This document shows, one piece after another, positions 17,755 through 25,237 of a DNA stretch of 41,128 bases. Source of the stretch: Candidatus Elulimicrobium sp. (lineage in GTDB: Bacteria; Patescibacteriota; Minisyncoccia; Moranbacterales; UBA9337); contig DYKS01000002.1 in assembly GCA_020722485.1 (NCBI GenBank), forward strand, positions 1 through 41,128. The letters are read 5' to 3'. Numbering within the stretch: position 1 is the stretch's first letter; each line of letters begins with the position of its first letter. The notes under the pieces are model-generated. The model had not been told where the DNA came from, made no database searches, and saw nothing but the letters and a program-made list of their open reading frames with translations. A program made the position numbers and the translations under genes.

Positions 17755-17782
17755 TTGCCTAATTTGTTTTTTTTGTTATAAT
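17755..17782 (+). promoter_or_regulatory. Sigma-70-type promoter for tRNA-Asn (TTGCCT-N16-TATAAT with TGn extended -10)
   Basis: ttgcct aatttgttttttttgt tataat. The -10 ends 36 nt upstream of the mature tRNA 5' end. Confidence 0.45.
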
Positions 17783-17818
17783 AAATTAGTGTTTTTTGAA
17801 AAAAATTAGAGAAAATAT

Positions 17819-17890
17819 TCCGGCGTGGCGCAGCGGTAGCGCAGGTGGCTGTTAACCACTTGGTCGTAGGTTCGAATCCTACCGCCGGAG
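17819..17890 (+). tRNA. tRNA-Asn (anticodon GUU), CCA not encoded
   Basis: Hand-folded: acceptor TCCGGCG/CGCCGGA, D arm GCGC-AGCGGTA-GCGC, anticodon stem GGTGG/CCACT, loop CTGTTAA, T arm GTAGG-TTCGAAT-CCTAC, discriminator G. Confidence 0.9.
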
Positions 17891-18211
17891 CAAAGCATGA
17901 CAGTTACTGGAAACAGTAGCTGTTTTTGTTTGTGCGCAAGCAATATTAAACACTAATTGCATCGCCATAATCTGGCAAAGATTGCTCCGTTGCAAAACCT
18001 GAGGACAATTTACATAGACATTACTATGCTTACCATTTGTCAGAATTGCATGAAGAGCAGTTGGATTTTTCTGGCCGGGATGATGCCAAAAGGCATTACA
18101 GGCTTTGAAAATCATTTTCACTTCGTCCTTAACTAAAATTCTTTTACAGTCTTGAAGTTCAAGCTGTAAAAGATTTGCCTGATTCAATCCTTTAAACATT
18201 GTCGATACCAT
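17879..18211 (-). CDS. Orphan ORF resembling an N-terminal fragment of a phosphoribosyltransferase (OPRT-type), probably a truncated or foreign gene remnant
   Basis: 110-aa ORF. HAILTNGKHSNVYVNCPQVL resembles the N-terminal H-F-x-L-x-S-G-x-H-S motif of OPRT-like PRTases. It has a strong AGGAGG 6 nt before the ATG, which other genes here lack. It is visibly richer in G+C and poorer in Lys than its neighbours. Its 3' end runs through the tRNA-Asn terminator into the tRNA, so that part is unlikely to be coding. Confidence 0.35.
   Translation of the reverse strand: MVSTMFKGLNQANLLQLELQDCKRILVKDEVKMIFKACNAFWHHPGQKNPTALHAILTNGKHSNVYVNCPQVLQRSNLCQIMAMQLVFNIACAQTKTATVSSNCHALLRR
17900..17930 (+). terminator. 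Rho-independent terminator after tRNA-Asn
   Basis: 10-bp stem acagttactg / cagtagctgt (one G-U pair) with a gaaa loop, followed by ttttgtttg. Confidence 0.65.
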
Positions 18212-18351
18212 AATCGCCTCCTGTTGTTTCTAATTTGATTGTATAATGCGCAAAAAGTTAGATTTTATACGCCTAACTTCCTCCTTTCAAACTATTAAGA
18301 TAATAATTGAATTATGTATAAAATAAAAATCAAACTTGCGCATAAGTCCTG

Positions 18352-19200
18352 TCAACTATTTTTTCGCGATAACAACCAAATATTTTCCAAGAGACAAGCG
18401 ACCGTCACCGGACCGACTCCGCCAGGCACGGAAGAAACAAATCCCTTTTGAGAACTGGCATAAATTTTTCTATCTATGTCCCCGTAAACTTTTTTACCTA
18501 TTTTCTTTATTCCTCCGTCCGCAATAATTGCTCCCGTTTGAAACATTTCTTTTTTAAGTAAATTCGGCATTCCGCAAGCAGAAATTACAATATTTGCTTG
18601 CTTGATTTTTATTATTTTTTCTTTATTATTCTCTAAAATTTCCCGACAAAAAACTATTTCCCCTTCTACTTTTTCCCTTTTTAATATTTCCAACATCGTT
18701 CGGCCAAAATTTTCCGATTTAGCAATTATGACTGCCTTTTTGCCTGCTAGATTTTTAATAACGCTTTTAATTATTTTTAAAATGGAAAGCGAAAAAACTG
18801 GTTTAATTTTTCCGTCACCAGCAAAAAATTTTTTCAAATTTTCGGGATGAAAACCGTCCACATCTTTGGCGGGATCAATAGCGCCAATTATTTTTTCGGT
18901 GTTTAATCCTTTTGGCAAAGGTAACTGAACAATAATCCCGTTTATTCGTTTATCCGCGTTCAATTCTTTTATTTTTTTTATTATTTCTTCTTCTTTCGTT
19001 TTTCGTGAAAATTGAAAAAGCAAAAATCTAATGCCGACTTTTTTCGCCGCTTTTTCTTTCAAATTAACATAAATTTTTGACGCTTTGTTTTCTCCAATCA
19101 AAACTACCGCCAAACCGGGAGTTAATCCGCTTTCTATAATTTCTTTTTTAATTCGCGTTAAAATTTTATCCGCGATTTTTTTTCCTTGAATAATTTTCAT
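18352..19200 (-). CDS. folD: Bifunctional 5,10-methylenetetrahydrofolate dehydrogenase / methenyl-THF cyclohydrolase FolD
   Basis: LAVVLIGEN.AS..YV..K.K.A...GI, GIIVQLPLP, DP.KDVDGFHP.N and VPGGVGPVTVA.LLEN. Confidence 0.95.
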   Translation of the reverse strand: MKIIQGKKIADKILTRIKKEIIESGLTPGLAVVLIGENKASKIYVNLKEKAAKKVGIRFLLFQFSRKTKEEEIIKKIKELNADKRINGIIVQLPLPKGLNTEKIIGAIDPAKDVDGFHPENLKKFFAGDGKIKPVFSLSILKIIKSVIKNLAGKKAVIIAKSENFGRTMLEILKREKVEGEIVFCREILENNKEKIIKIKQANIVISACGMPNLLKKEMFQTGAIIADGGIKKIGKKVYGDIDRKIYASSQKGFVSSVPGGVGPVTVACLLENIWLLSRKNS

Positions 19201-19275
19201 ATTTGTTACCGCGCGCGATTTTTTTCAACTCGCGTGTTTATTTTTCATCCACGATAAATGCTTAGCATTGAAAAA

Positions 19276-20115
19276 TCAAAAAAAGTATACCCCAACAATT
19301 ACCGCCGCCAATAAAAATCGATACCAAAAAAATATTTTATAACCAACTTTTTCCACAAATTTAAGCAAATATTTTATCGCCAAATATCCGCTCAATCCCG
19401 AGAAAAAAATTCCCGCCAGCATCGGCACGTTAAAATTAAAAACTAAATCTTTTATTTTCAAAATACTAGCGCCTAAAACAATCGGCGTCAAAAGCAAAAA
19501 AGAAAAACGCGCCGCGCTTACTCTATCTAATTGGCGAAAAAGCCCAGCGGTAATAGTAATTCCCGATCGAGATGTGCCCGGCACAATCGCCAGCGCTTGC
19601 GCCAAGCCAATAAAAATTCCGTCTCTAAATTTAATATCTTTTAAATGGCGACCGTTTGATTTTTCTGTTACATTTTTTTGACTATTTGTTTTTTGATCTG
19701 CCCAATAAAGAACAGCTCCCCAAAAAAACAAATTAAACGCCACCAATAATGGATGACGAAAAATAGTTGCCGCTAAATCTTCCAAAAACAATCCAGCTAA
19801 AACTCCCGGAATAGTCGCCGCCGCCAAAATCCATAAAGTATTATTCATATAGCGCGAATCACTAAATATTTCTTTATTTTCTTTATGCTTCAAATTGAGC
19901 GCCGACAATTTCATGATTATTATCCAATCGCGATAAAAGTATGTTACTACCGCCAACAATGTTCCAAAATGAAGCGCCACATCAAAAGAAAGTCCCGGAT
20001 CTTTGAAATTAAACAGCCACGGGAAAATAACCAAATGCCCTGATGAAGAAATCGGAAGAAATTCGCTTATTCCTTGAATGACTCCTAAAATTATTGCCTG
20101 AAAAATATCCGCCAT
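19276..20115 (-). CDS. uppP: Undecaprenyl-diphosphate phosphatase UppP (BacA)
   Basis: GVIQGISEFLPISSSGH and PGTSRSGITI motifs, polytopic. The ATG at 20115 is preferred; the track ORF begins at a TTG at 20130. Confidence 0.9.
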   Translation of the reverse strand: MADIFQAIILGVIQGISEFLPISSSGHLVIFPWLFNFKDPGLSFDVALHFGTLLAVVTYFYRDWIIIMKLSALNLKHKENKEIFSDSRYMNNTLWILAAATIPGVLAGLFLEDLAATIFRHPLLVAFNLFFWGAVLYWADQKTNSQKNVTEKSNGRHLKDIKFRDGIFIGLAQALAIVPGTSRSGITITAGLFRQLDRVSAARFSFLLLTPIVLGASILKIKDLVFNFNVPMLAGIFFSGLSGYLAIKYLLKFVEKVGYKIFFWYRFLLAAVIVGVYFF

Positions 20116-20116
20116 A

Positions 20117-20815
20117 TTATTTTTTCCCAATAAAAATTATGTTTCTGCCGTTGATTATAGCACATTTTTCCGTTTTAAAACCCGCTTTATGAAATAATTT
20201 TTCTAATCCCTTCCGAGTAAAAGCATGATGATAACGAACAAATTTTCTTTTTTCATTATCGGTAAACCCGATATAACAATCGTTCCAATCCAAATCGCTT
20301 TTTCTGATAATTTTATTTTTCCAATTTTCCAAAATATTTTTCCAATATTTTTTTTGAAATAAATTCCAAACAGACACAATGATATAACCATCGGGTTTGA
20401 CGACGTGAAATAATTCCCGCGCCATTTTTCTTCTCAAATCTTCGCTTGGTAAATGATGAAAAACCGCCAGAGCATACACTACATTGAAATAATCTTCCGA
20501 AAATGGTAAACTGGCTTGACCCGAGTTGATTTTTAAAAATTTAAAATTATCGGCGGTATACCTCCTTTTGGCTAAATCAATAAGTTTCGCCGAAAAATCC
20601 ACTCCTATATAATTTATGTTTTTTTCAAGAAAAAGCTCCGCCAATCGGCCGTTACCGCAACCATAATCTAAAATCCGATCGTTTTCTCGCGCGTAATTTT
20701 TTATAAATTCTAAATCAGACCAAAAATTTTTCCGAGTTTGAGAAAATTTTTCCGCGATTAAATCATAACCCCTTTCAGTCTCTTTTAAAATTTTTTTCAC
20801 CGTTTCTTTTTTCAT
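20117..20815 (-). CDS. Class I SAM-dependent methyltransferase with Trm9/ALKBH8-MTase-like motifs
   Basis: 232 aa. Y..IA.KFSQTRKNFW (compare yeast Trm9 Y..IA.HFSQTRYKPW, recalled from memory), motif I ILDYGCGNG, AVFHHL..EDLRR, SVWN and RYHHAF.RKGLEKL (compare Trm9 RYYHLYREGEL). Divergent from the Elp3 homologue across 30 bp. Confidence 0.65.
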   Translation of the reverse strand: MKKETVKKILKETERGYDLIAEKFSQTRKNFWSDLEFIKNYARENDRILDYGCGNGRLAELFLEKNINYIGVDFSAKLIDLAKRRYTADNFKFLKINSGQASLPFSEDYFNVVYALAVFHHLPSEDLRRKMARELFHVVKPDGYIIVSVWNLFQKKYWKNILENWKNKIIRKSDLDWNDCYIGFTDNEKRKFVRYHHAFTRKGLEKLFHKAGFKTEKCAIINGRNIIFIGKK

Positions 20816-20845
20816 AAAACAAGTTTAGGATGACATTATAATATT

Positions 20846-22501
20846 ATGAATCAAAATTTACACGAAAATTTAATCAAATCAGCCACCCAAACCGCTTTTT
20901 CTCATCCTAGCAAATTTTTGAAATTTAAGAAACAATTTTGTTCTCGAGCAAAAATCCCCCAGCCCACCAATGCCAACCTGCGCCAGCTTTACGAAAAAAT
21001 GGTGCGAGAGAAAAAAATTAAAAGAAACTTTAATTTAGAAAAAGCGATGCTCGCACATAGCGCGCGCACCCAATCTGGCGTGGCAATCATAGCCGTTCTC
21101 ACTAAACCTTATGCTTGTCCCGGCCAGTGCGTTTTCTGTCCAACAGAAAAAAATATACCCAAAAGTTATCTTCCTAATGAACCAGCGGTGATGCGCGCTG
21201 TAATGAACAAATTTAATCCTTATCATCAAGTTCAATCTCGCATCAAAGCGTTAGAACTTAATGGACATAATACTGATAAAATTGAATTGATTGTAATGGG
21301 GGGAACTTTCTCTTATTTTCCGAAACATTATCAAAAATGGTTCATCGCTGAATGTTTCCGCGCGTGCAATGAATACAAAAAATCAAAAAATACCAACGCT
21401 AAAACAACATTGGAAAAAGAACAAAAAAGAAATGAGAATTCCAAACATAGAATTGTGGGATTAACGCTGGAAACTCGTCCCGATTACATTGACGAAAAGG
21501 AAATTTTAAATTTCAGAAAATTAGGTTGCACACGAGTAGAATTAGGAGTACAAACAATTTTTGACGATATTTTAAAGTTAAATAAACGTGGTCATAAAGT
21601 TTCAGCAACCATTCGCGCAACTCGTCTGCTCAAAGACGCCGGTTTTAAAATTAATTATCACTTGATGCCCGGCCTTTACGGCAGCAACCGTCAAAAAGAT
21701 TATGAAATGTTCGCGCGTCTTTTTTCGGATTCTAACTTCCAACCGGATATGCTAAAAATTTACCCGACGCTGGTAATTAAAAATTCTCAACTTTACCGCT
21801 TATGGAAAAAAGGCGCTTATCAACCACTTACCGACCGCGATTTTGAAAATTTAATCATCAAGGTAAAAAACGAAATCATCCCCCCTTATATTCGCATTCA
21901 AAGATTAGTGCGGGACGTGCCTTTACCTTCTATCGAAGCCGGACCAAAAATCTCCAACTTGCGACAAATTATTGCCGCCAAAACTCATTGTCAATGCATT
22001 CGTTGTCGAGAAGTAAAAGAAACATATAAATCTGACAATAAAATTATTTTAGATAGAATAGACTACAACGGATCAGGCGGAAAAGAAATTTTTTTACAAT
22101 TTATAGATTCCCCGTCTGCTTCCAAAAAAGAAACTGATAATAAAAGAAATAAATTATACGCGCTTTTGCGATTGAGAATTCCCTCTAGTTTAATTTCTTC
22201 CTCTTCTCAAAAAAAAGAACAAAAAAATACTTTGTATGAAAAAATTCCTGTGTTAAAAAATGCCGCCCTTATTCGTGAAGTCCATACTTTCGGAAAACTA
22301 ATTCCAATCGGAAAAAAAGAAAAAAAATCCCCGCAACACATTGGATTAGGAAAGAAACTTATTCAAGAAGCGGAAAAAATTGCTCGTGAAGAATTTGGCA
22401 TTTCCAAAATCGCCGTTATTTCCGGAGTAGGTGTTCGAAATTATTATCGTAAACTGGGATATAGACTAAAAGATAATTATATGGTAAAAAAGATACGATA
22501 A
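20846..22501 (+). CDS. elp3: Elp3-family radical-SAM / GNAT acetyltransferase (tRNA U34 carboxymethylation enzyme homologue)
   Basis: 551 aa. Radical-SAM cluster CPGQCVFCP, Elp3-specific SYLPNEPAVMRA...NPY.Q...R...L...GH..DKIELIVMGGTF, and C-terminal GNAT QHIGLGKKL..EAE.IA......KIAVISGVGVRNYYRKLGY. Confidence 0.9.
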   Translation: MNQNLHENLIKSATQTAFSHPSKFLKFKKQFCSRAKIPQPTNANLRQLYEKMVREKKIKRNFNLEKAMLAHSARTQSGVAIIAVLTKPYACPGQCVFCPTEKNIPKSYLPNEPAVMRAVMNKFNPYHQVQSRIKALELNGHNTDKIELIVMGGTFSYFPKHYQKWFIAECFRACNEYKKSKNTNAKTTLEKEQKRNENSKHRIVGLTLETRPDYIDEKEILNFRKLGCTRVELGVQTIFDDILKLNKRGHKVSATIRATRLLKDAGFKINYHLMPGLYGSNRQKDYEMFARLFSDSNFQPDMLKIYPTLVIKNSQLYRLWKKGAYQPLTDRDFENLIIKVKNEIIPPYIRIQRLVRDVPLPSIEAGPKISNLRQIIAAKTHCQCIRCREVKETYKSDNKIILDRIDYNGSGGKEIFLQFIDSPSASKKETDNKRNKLYALLRLRIPSSLISSSSQKKEQKNTLYEKIPVLKNAALIREVHTFGKLIPIGKKEKKSPQHIGLGKKLIQEAEKIAREEFGISKIAVISGVGVRNYYRKLGYRLKDNYMVKKIR

Positions 22502-22503
22502 TT

Positions 22504-22774
22504 TATTAAATTTTACAGCGCTATTTACATCTTTGGCAATTATTTCTATTTGTTTTTTATGTCATTCCCGCGTTTTTTATATCATTCCTGCGAAAGCGAG
22601 AATCCAGTTTTTCTTTTTTATCACATATAAATTTCAAATAAATTTTCTGCTAGCGCTCTAAAATTTTCCGCAATGATAAATATGAAAATTCAAAAATTTA
22701 GAGCCTCTTTTTTGATTAAGATAATTTCCCGAATTTCTTTTATTTCTCTTTAATATTGAATAATCTCAATTAAG
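22504..22774 (-). mobile_element. MITE-like intergenic repeat, copy C (long form, right arm degenerate)
   Basis: ttacagcgctatttacatctttggcaattatttc..tgtcattcccgcg..atcattcctgcgaaagcgagaatccag...gcgctctaaaattttccgcaatgataaata is collinear with copy A. The right boundary is uncertain. Confidence 0.5.
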
Positions 22775-22861
22775 TTTTCTGGCATCCATATTTTTTTCTT
22801 TCCCATTCTTAACCAAGTTTTAATTTGTTCCCTTCCATAAAGAGTCAATGATTTTTCTTTT

Positions 22862-22930
22862 AGCATACTTTGCGTTGTTTAAAAGTTAACACTTCAGCAT
22901 ATCAAAAAAGGGGCTTTTATGTTTGAATAG
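22862..22930 (+). repeat. Promoter-proximal repeat R1 (core AAAAAGGGGCTTTtATGTTTGAATAG)
   Basis: Near-identical to the reverse complement of 36211-36238, with collinear flanking blocks (GCATACT, GCGTT, TTAAC.CT). The core ends 37 nt upstream of a TGcTATAAT box that precedes yjbQ. Confidence 0.55.
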
Positions 22931-23009
22931 AGTTTTTGCCAAATCTATTTTTCTTTTTCAAAAAACTGCTATAATAAAAATTGTTTTCAAATTAAATTTT
23001 TAATTGTCA

Positions 23010-23033
23010 CGAATTTTTAAATTTAAAAATTCG
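23010..23033. promoter_or_regulatory. Perfect 24-bp palindrome cgaatttttaaa|tttaaaaattcg between the candidate -10 and the yjbQ start codon (operator or 5'-UTR hairpin candidate)
   Basis: Verified base by base: the reverse complement of the first 12 nt equals the second 12 nt. It ends 15 nt before the ATG at 23049. Function is unknown. Confidence 0.35.
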
Positions 23034-23048
23034 GCGCGCATAAATACT

Positions 23049-23492
23049 ATGAAAATCATCAATAAAATTATTGAACTAAAAACCGCCACCACTTTAGATT
23101 TCATTGACATTACAAAAAAAATTCAAGAAAAAATAAAAGAAACCGGAATAAAAAACGGAGTTATTAACATTCAATCCCTACACACTACTATGTCAGTTAT
23201 CGTCAATGAAGCAGAACCGCTTTTGATTGAAGATATGAAAAAACTATTAGAAAAATTAGCTCCTCGCACTTATAAATATATGCATGACAATTTTGAAATT
23301 CGCACCGTTAATATGTGCGATGGAGAATGCGATAACGGACATTCTCACAACAAAGCCTTGCATCTGCCCACTTCCGTTATGATAAATATCGTTAAAAATA
23401 ACTTACAAATGGGAACTTGGCAAAGAATTTTCGCGGTGGAATTAGACCGCGCGCGTTCACGTAAAATCGCTTTGCAAATTATAGGTAATTAA
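23049..23492 (+). CDS. YjbQ/UPF0047 family protein (secondary thiamine-phosphate synthase-type)
   Basis: G...I...HTT.S....E.EP....D........AP.....H.......N..SH.K......S....V....L.LGTWQ.I...E.D..R.R is typical of the YjbQ family. The ATG at 23049 is preferred over the TTG at 23004. Confidence 0.8.
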   Translation: MKIINKIIELKTATTLDFIDITKKIQEKIKETGIKNGVINIQSLHTTMSVIVNEAEPLLIEDMKKLLEKLAPRTYKYMHDNFEIRTVNMCDGECDNGHSHNKALHLPTSVMINIVKNNLQMGTWQRIFAVELDRARSRKIALQIIGN

Positions 23493-23518
23493 ATTTATCA
23501 AAAAAGTCAGAACTTATC

Positions 23519-24172
23519 TCAAAATTTTAAATTCAAAATAATTTTTTCCACTTCTTTTAAATTTTTTGCCGCGTAATCGCAACACTCACTAGAACAATTT
23601 TTAAAGCGTCCTTCTAATCGATAAATAAAAATTGTCTCCACTTTGGGGACAATTTTTTTCACATTTTCTATCTGTTCCGCTCGATCGTCCAAAAAATAAA
23701 TTTTTTCTGTTTTGTTTTTTGTTTTCGTCTTTTGTAAATAATTTTTTATTACTTCTCCTTTCATTTTTTTCGTAACGTAAATTTTTTGAAAATAATCTAC
23801 AATACCAGAATTTTTTATTTTTTCTTTCTGAAATTTTCCTATTCCATAAGAAACAAGAATTAAATTTTTTTTACTTAATTTTTCCAAAAAATTTTTCACA
23901 TCCGGAAAAATATAATCGCTAGCAGAATGCAAAAAATTAAATAAATCTTTTTTTAATTTTTCTTTATCAATGTCGGTTTCTTTCGCGATTCTTTCAATTT
24001 GTCGCCAAGGATCATAACAGCGTAAAGCGCTCGATTTTTCTTTCGCAAAATCCGCGTAATAAGTTTTTTCAAAAATTTCTCGAGAAACGTTATGTCTTAA
24101 AAAAACTTTTAGATAGTCTCGTTTGAATTTTCGAGTGTTGAATAAAACATCGTCAAAATCCACGAAAATCAT
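23519..24172 (-). CDS. HAD-superfamily hydrolase
   Basis: N-terminal motif I IFVDFDDVLF (DxD), a later S/T and K, and FLDDR (motif IV). 4-nt overlap with the upstream gene. Confidence 0.7.
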   Translation of the reverse strand: MIFVDFDDVLFNTRKFKRDYLKVFLRHNVSREIFEKTYYADFAKEKSSALRCYDPWRQIERIAKETDIDKEKLKKDLFNFLHSASDYIFPDVKNFLEKLSKKNLILVSYGIGKFQKEKIKNSGIVDYFQKIYVTKKMKGEVIKNYLQKTKTKNKTEKIYFLDDRAEQIENVKKIVPKVETIFIYRLEGRFKNCSSECCDYAAKNLKEVEKIILNLKF

Positions 24173-25197
24173 ATTATCTCTTGAATTAAATTGTTATATT
24201 CATCCATTTCTAAAATCATCATCAAAACTTTTGCCAGTTTATCGCTATCATGGCGAATAAAAGAACGCGAATTCGCTATAATATCATTTTTATTTTTTTT
24301 CGGCTGAGTTCGTTTTAAAACATCAGCTTTAATTACTTTATAATTTCTTTTTTTTAAAATATCCTTTTTAAATTCCACAATTGATCCTTTGCCTTCTCTT
24401 TTTTCATATTTTTTTATCAATTTCTTTTCCGGTTTGGTTCCGGAAAAAACCACAAAGTCAATCCTTTCATCGCCAATATAATCATTTATAGAAGCGACAT
24501 AATCGTCCACAGAAAAATTCTCCGTTTGTCCTTTTTTATTAGTCAAATTACAATTATAAACCACTTTGGCGCGACAATTACGAAGCGCTTCAGAAACTCC
24601 CGTTACTAAAAAATTAGGCAGTATTGATCCGTAATGATCACCCGGACCAATAATAATCATATCGGCTTTTTTTATGGCTTCTAATACTTTTAAATTAGCT
24701 TTTACTTTCGGTTTTAAATAAATTTTTTCCACTCCGTATTTCCTAACATCTTTATTATGATCAAGTTGTTTTTCTCCAATAATACTTTTGCCATTTTTAA
24801 GTTTAATCTGTAAATTCATTTTTTTATCAGAAACAGGAATCACTTTTCCTTTGACACTTAAAATCGTAGCCGCTTCTTCCACTCCTTTAGCCAATCTTCC
24901 TTTAATCTTTTCCAAAGCTGATAAAAAGAGATTGCCAAAATTATGTCCTTTGAGTTCTCCTTTTTCAAAACGATAATTCATCAACTCGCGCAAAGTTTCT
25001 GAAGAATTAGAAAGCGCCGTCAAACATTGACGAATATCTCCCGGCGGCAACACGCCTAATTCATCGCGCAAACGACCGGTAGATCCTCCATCATCCGCCA
25101 TAGAAACAACCGCTGTAATATTTACCGGATATTTCTTTAATCCTAAAAGCAAAGTAAAATGTCCTGTTCCACCTCCGATTGTTACTATATTTTTCAT
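24169..25197 (-). CDS. YvcK / CofD-like (UPF0052) gluconeogenesis-factor family protein
   Basis: VTIGGGTGHFTLLLGLK and AVVSMADDGGSTGRLRDELGVLPPGDIRQCL. The ATG at 25197 is preferred; the track ORF starts at a TTG at 25218. Confidence 0.85.
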   Translation of the reverse strand: MKNIVTIGGGTGHFTLLLGLKKYPVNITAVVSMADDGGSTGRLRDELGVLPPGDIRQCLTALSNSSETLRELMNYRFEKGELKGHNFGNLFLSALEKIKGRLAKGVEEAATILSVKGKVIPVSDKKMNLQIKLKNGKSIIGEKQLDHNKDVRKYGVEKIYLKPKVKANLKVLEAIKKADMIIIGPGDHYGSILPNFLVTGVSEALRNCRAKVVYNCNLTNKKGQTENFSVDDYVASINDYIGDERIDFVVFSGTKPEKKLIKKYEKREGKGSIVEFKKDILKKRNYKVIKADVLKRTQPKKNKNDIIANSRSFIRHDSDKLAKVLMMILEMDEYNNLIQEII

Positions 25198-25237
25198 AAT
25201 TCCGTAAATAAAACACAAACAATCAGTTTAAAAATTT

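Noticed and set aside
20835-20848. A TATAAT box only 3 nt before the elp3 ATG, suggesting a leaderless mRNA.
   Set aside because: The spacing puts a canonical start site at or just past the A of the ATG, so the geometry is marginal. TATAAT-like strings are frequent in this AT-rich DNA. This cannot be supported without TSS data.
22751-22867. A 38-codon minus-strand ORF (MLKEKSLTLYGREQIKTWLRMGKKKIWMPENLIEIIQY) between MITE copy C and repeat R1.
   Set aside because: It has no recognisable family and no RBS. Its 3' end runs into the repeat arm. The aligned ATG in the second repeat copy (36288) opens an unrelated 14-codon ORF, so the shared sequence is more likely non-coding.
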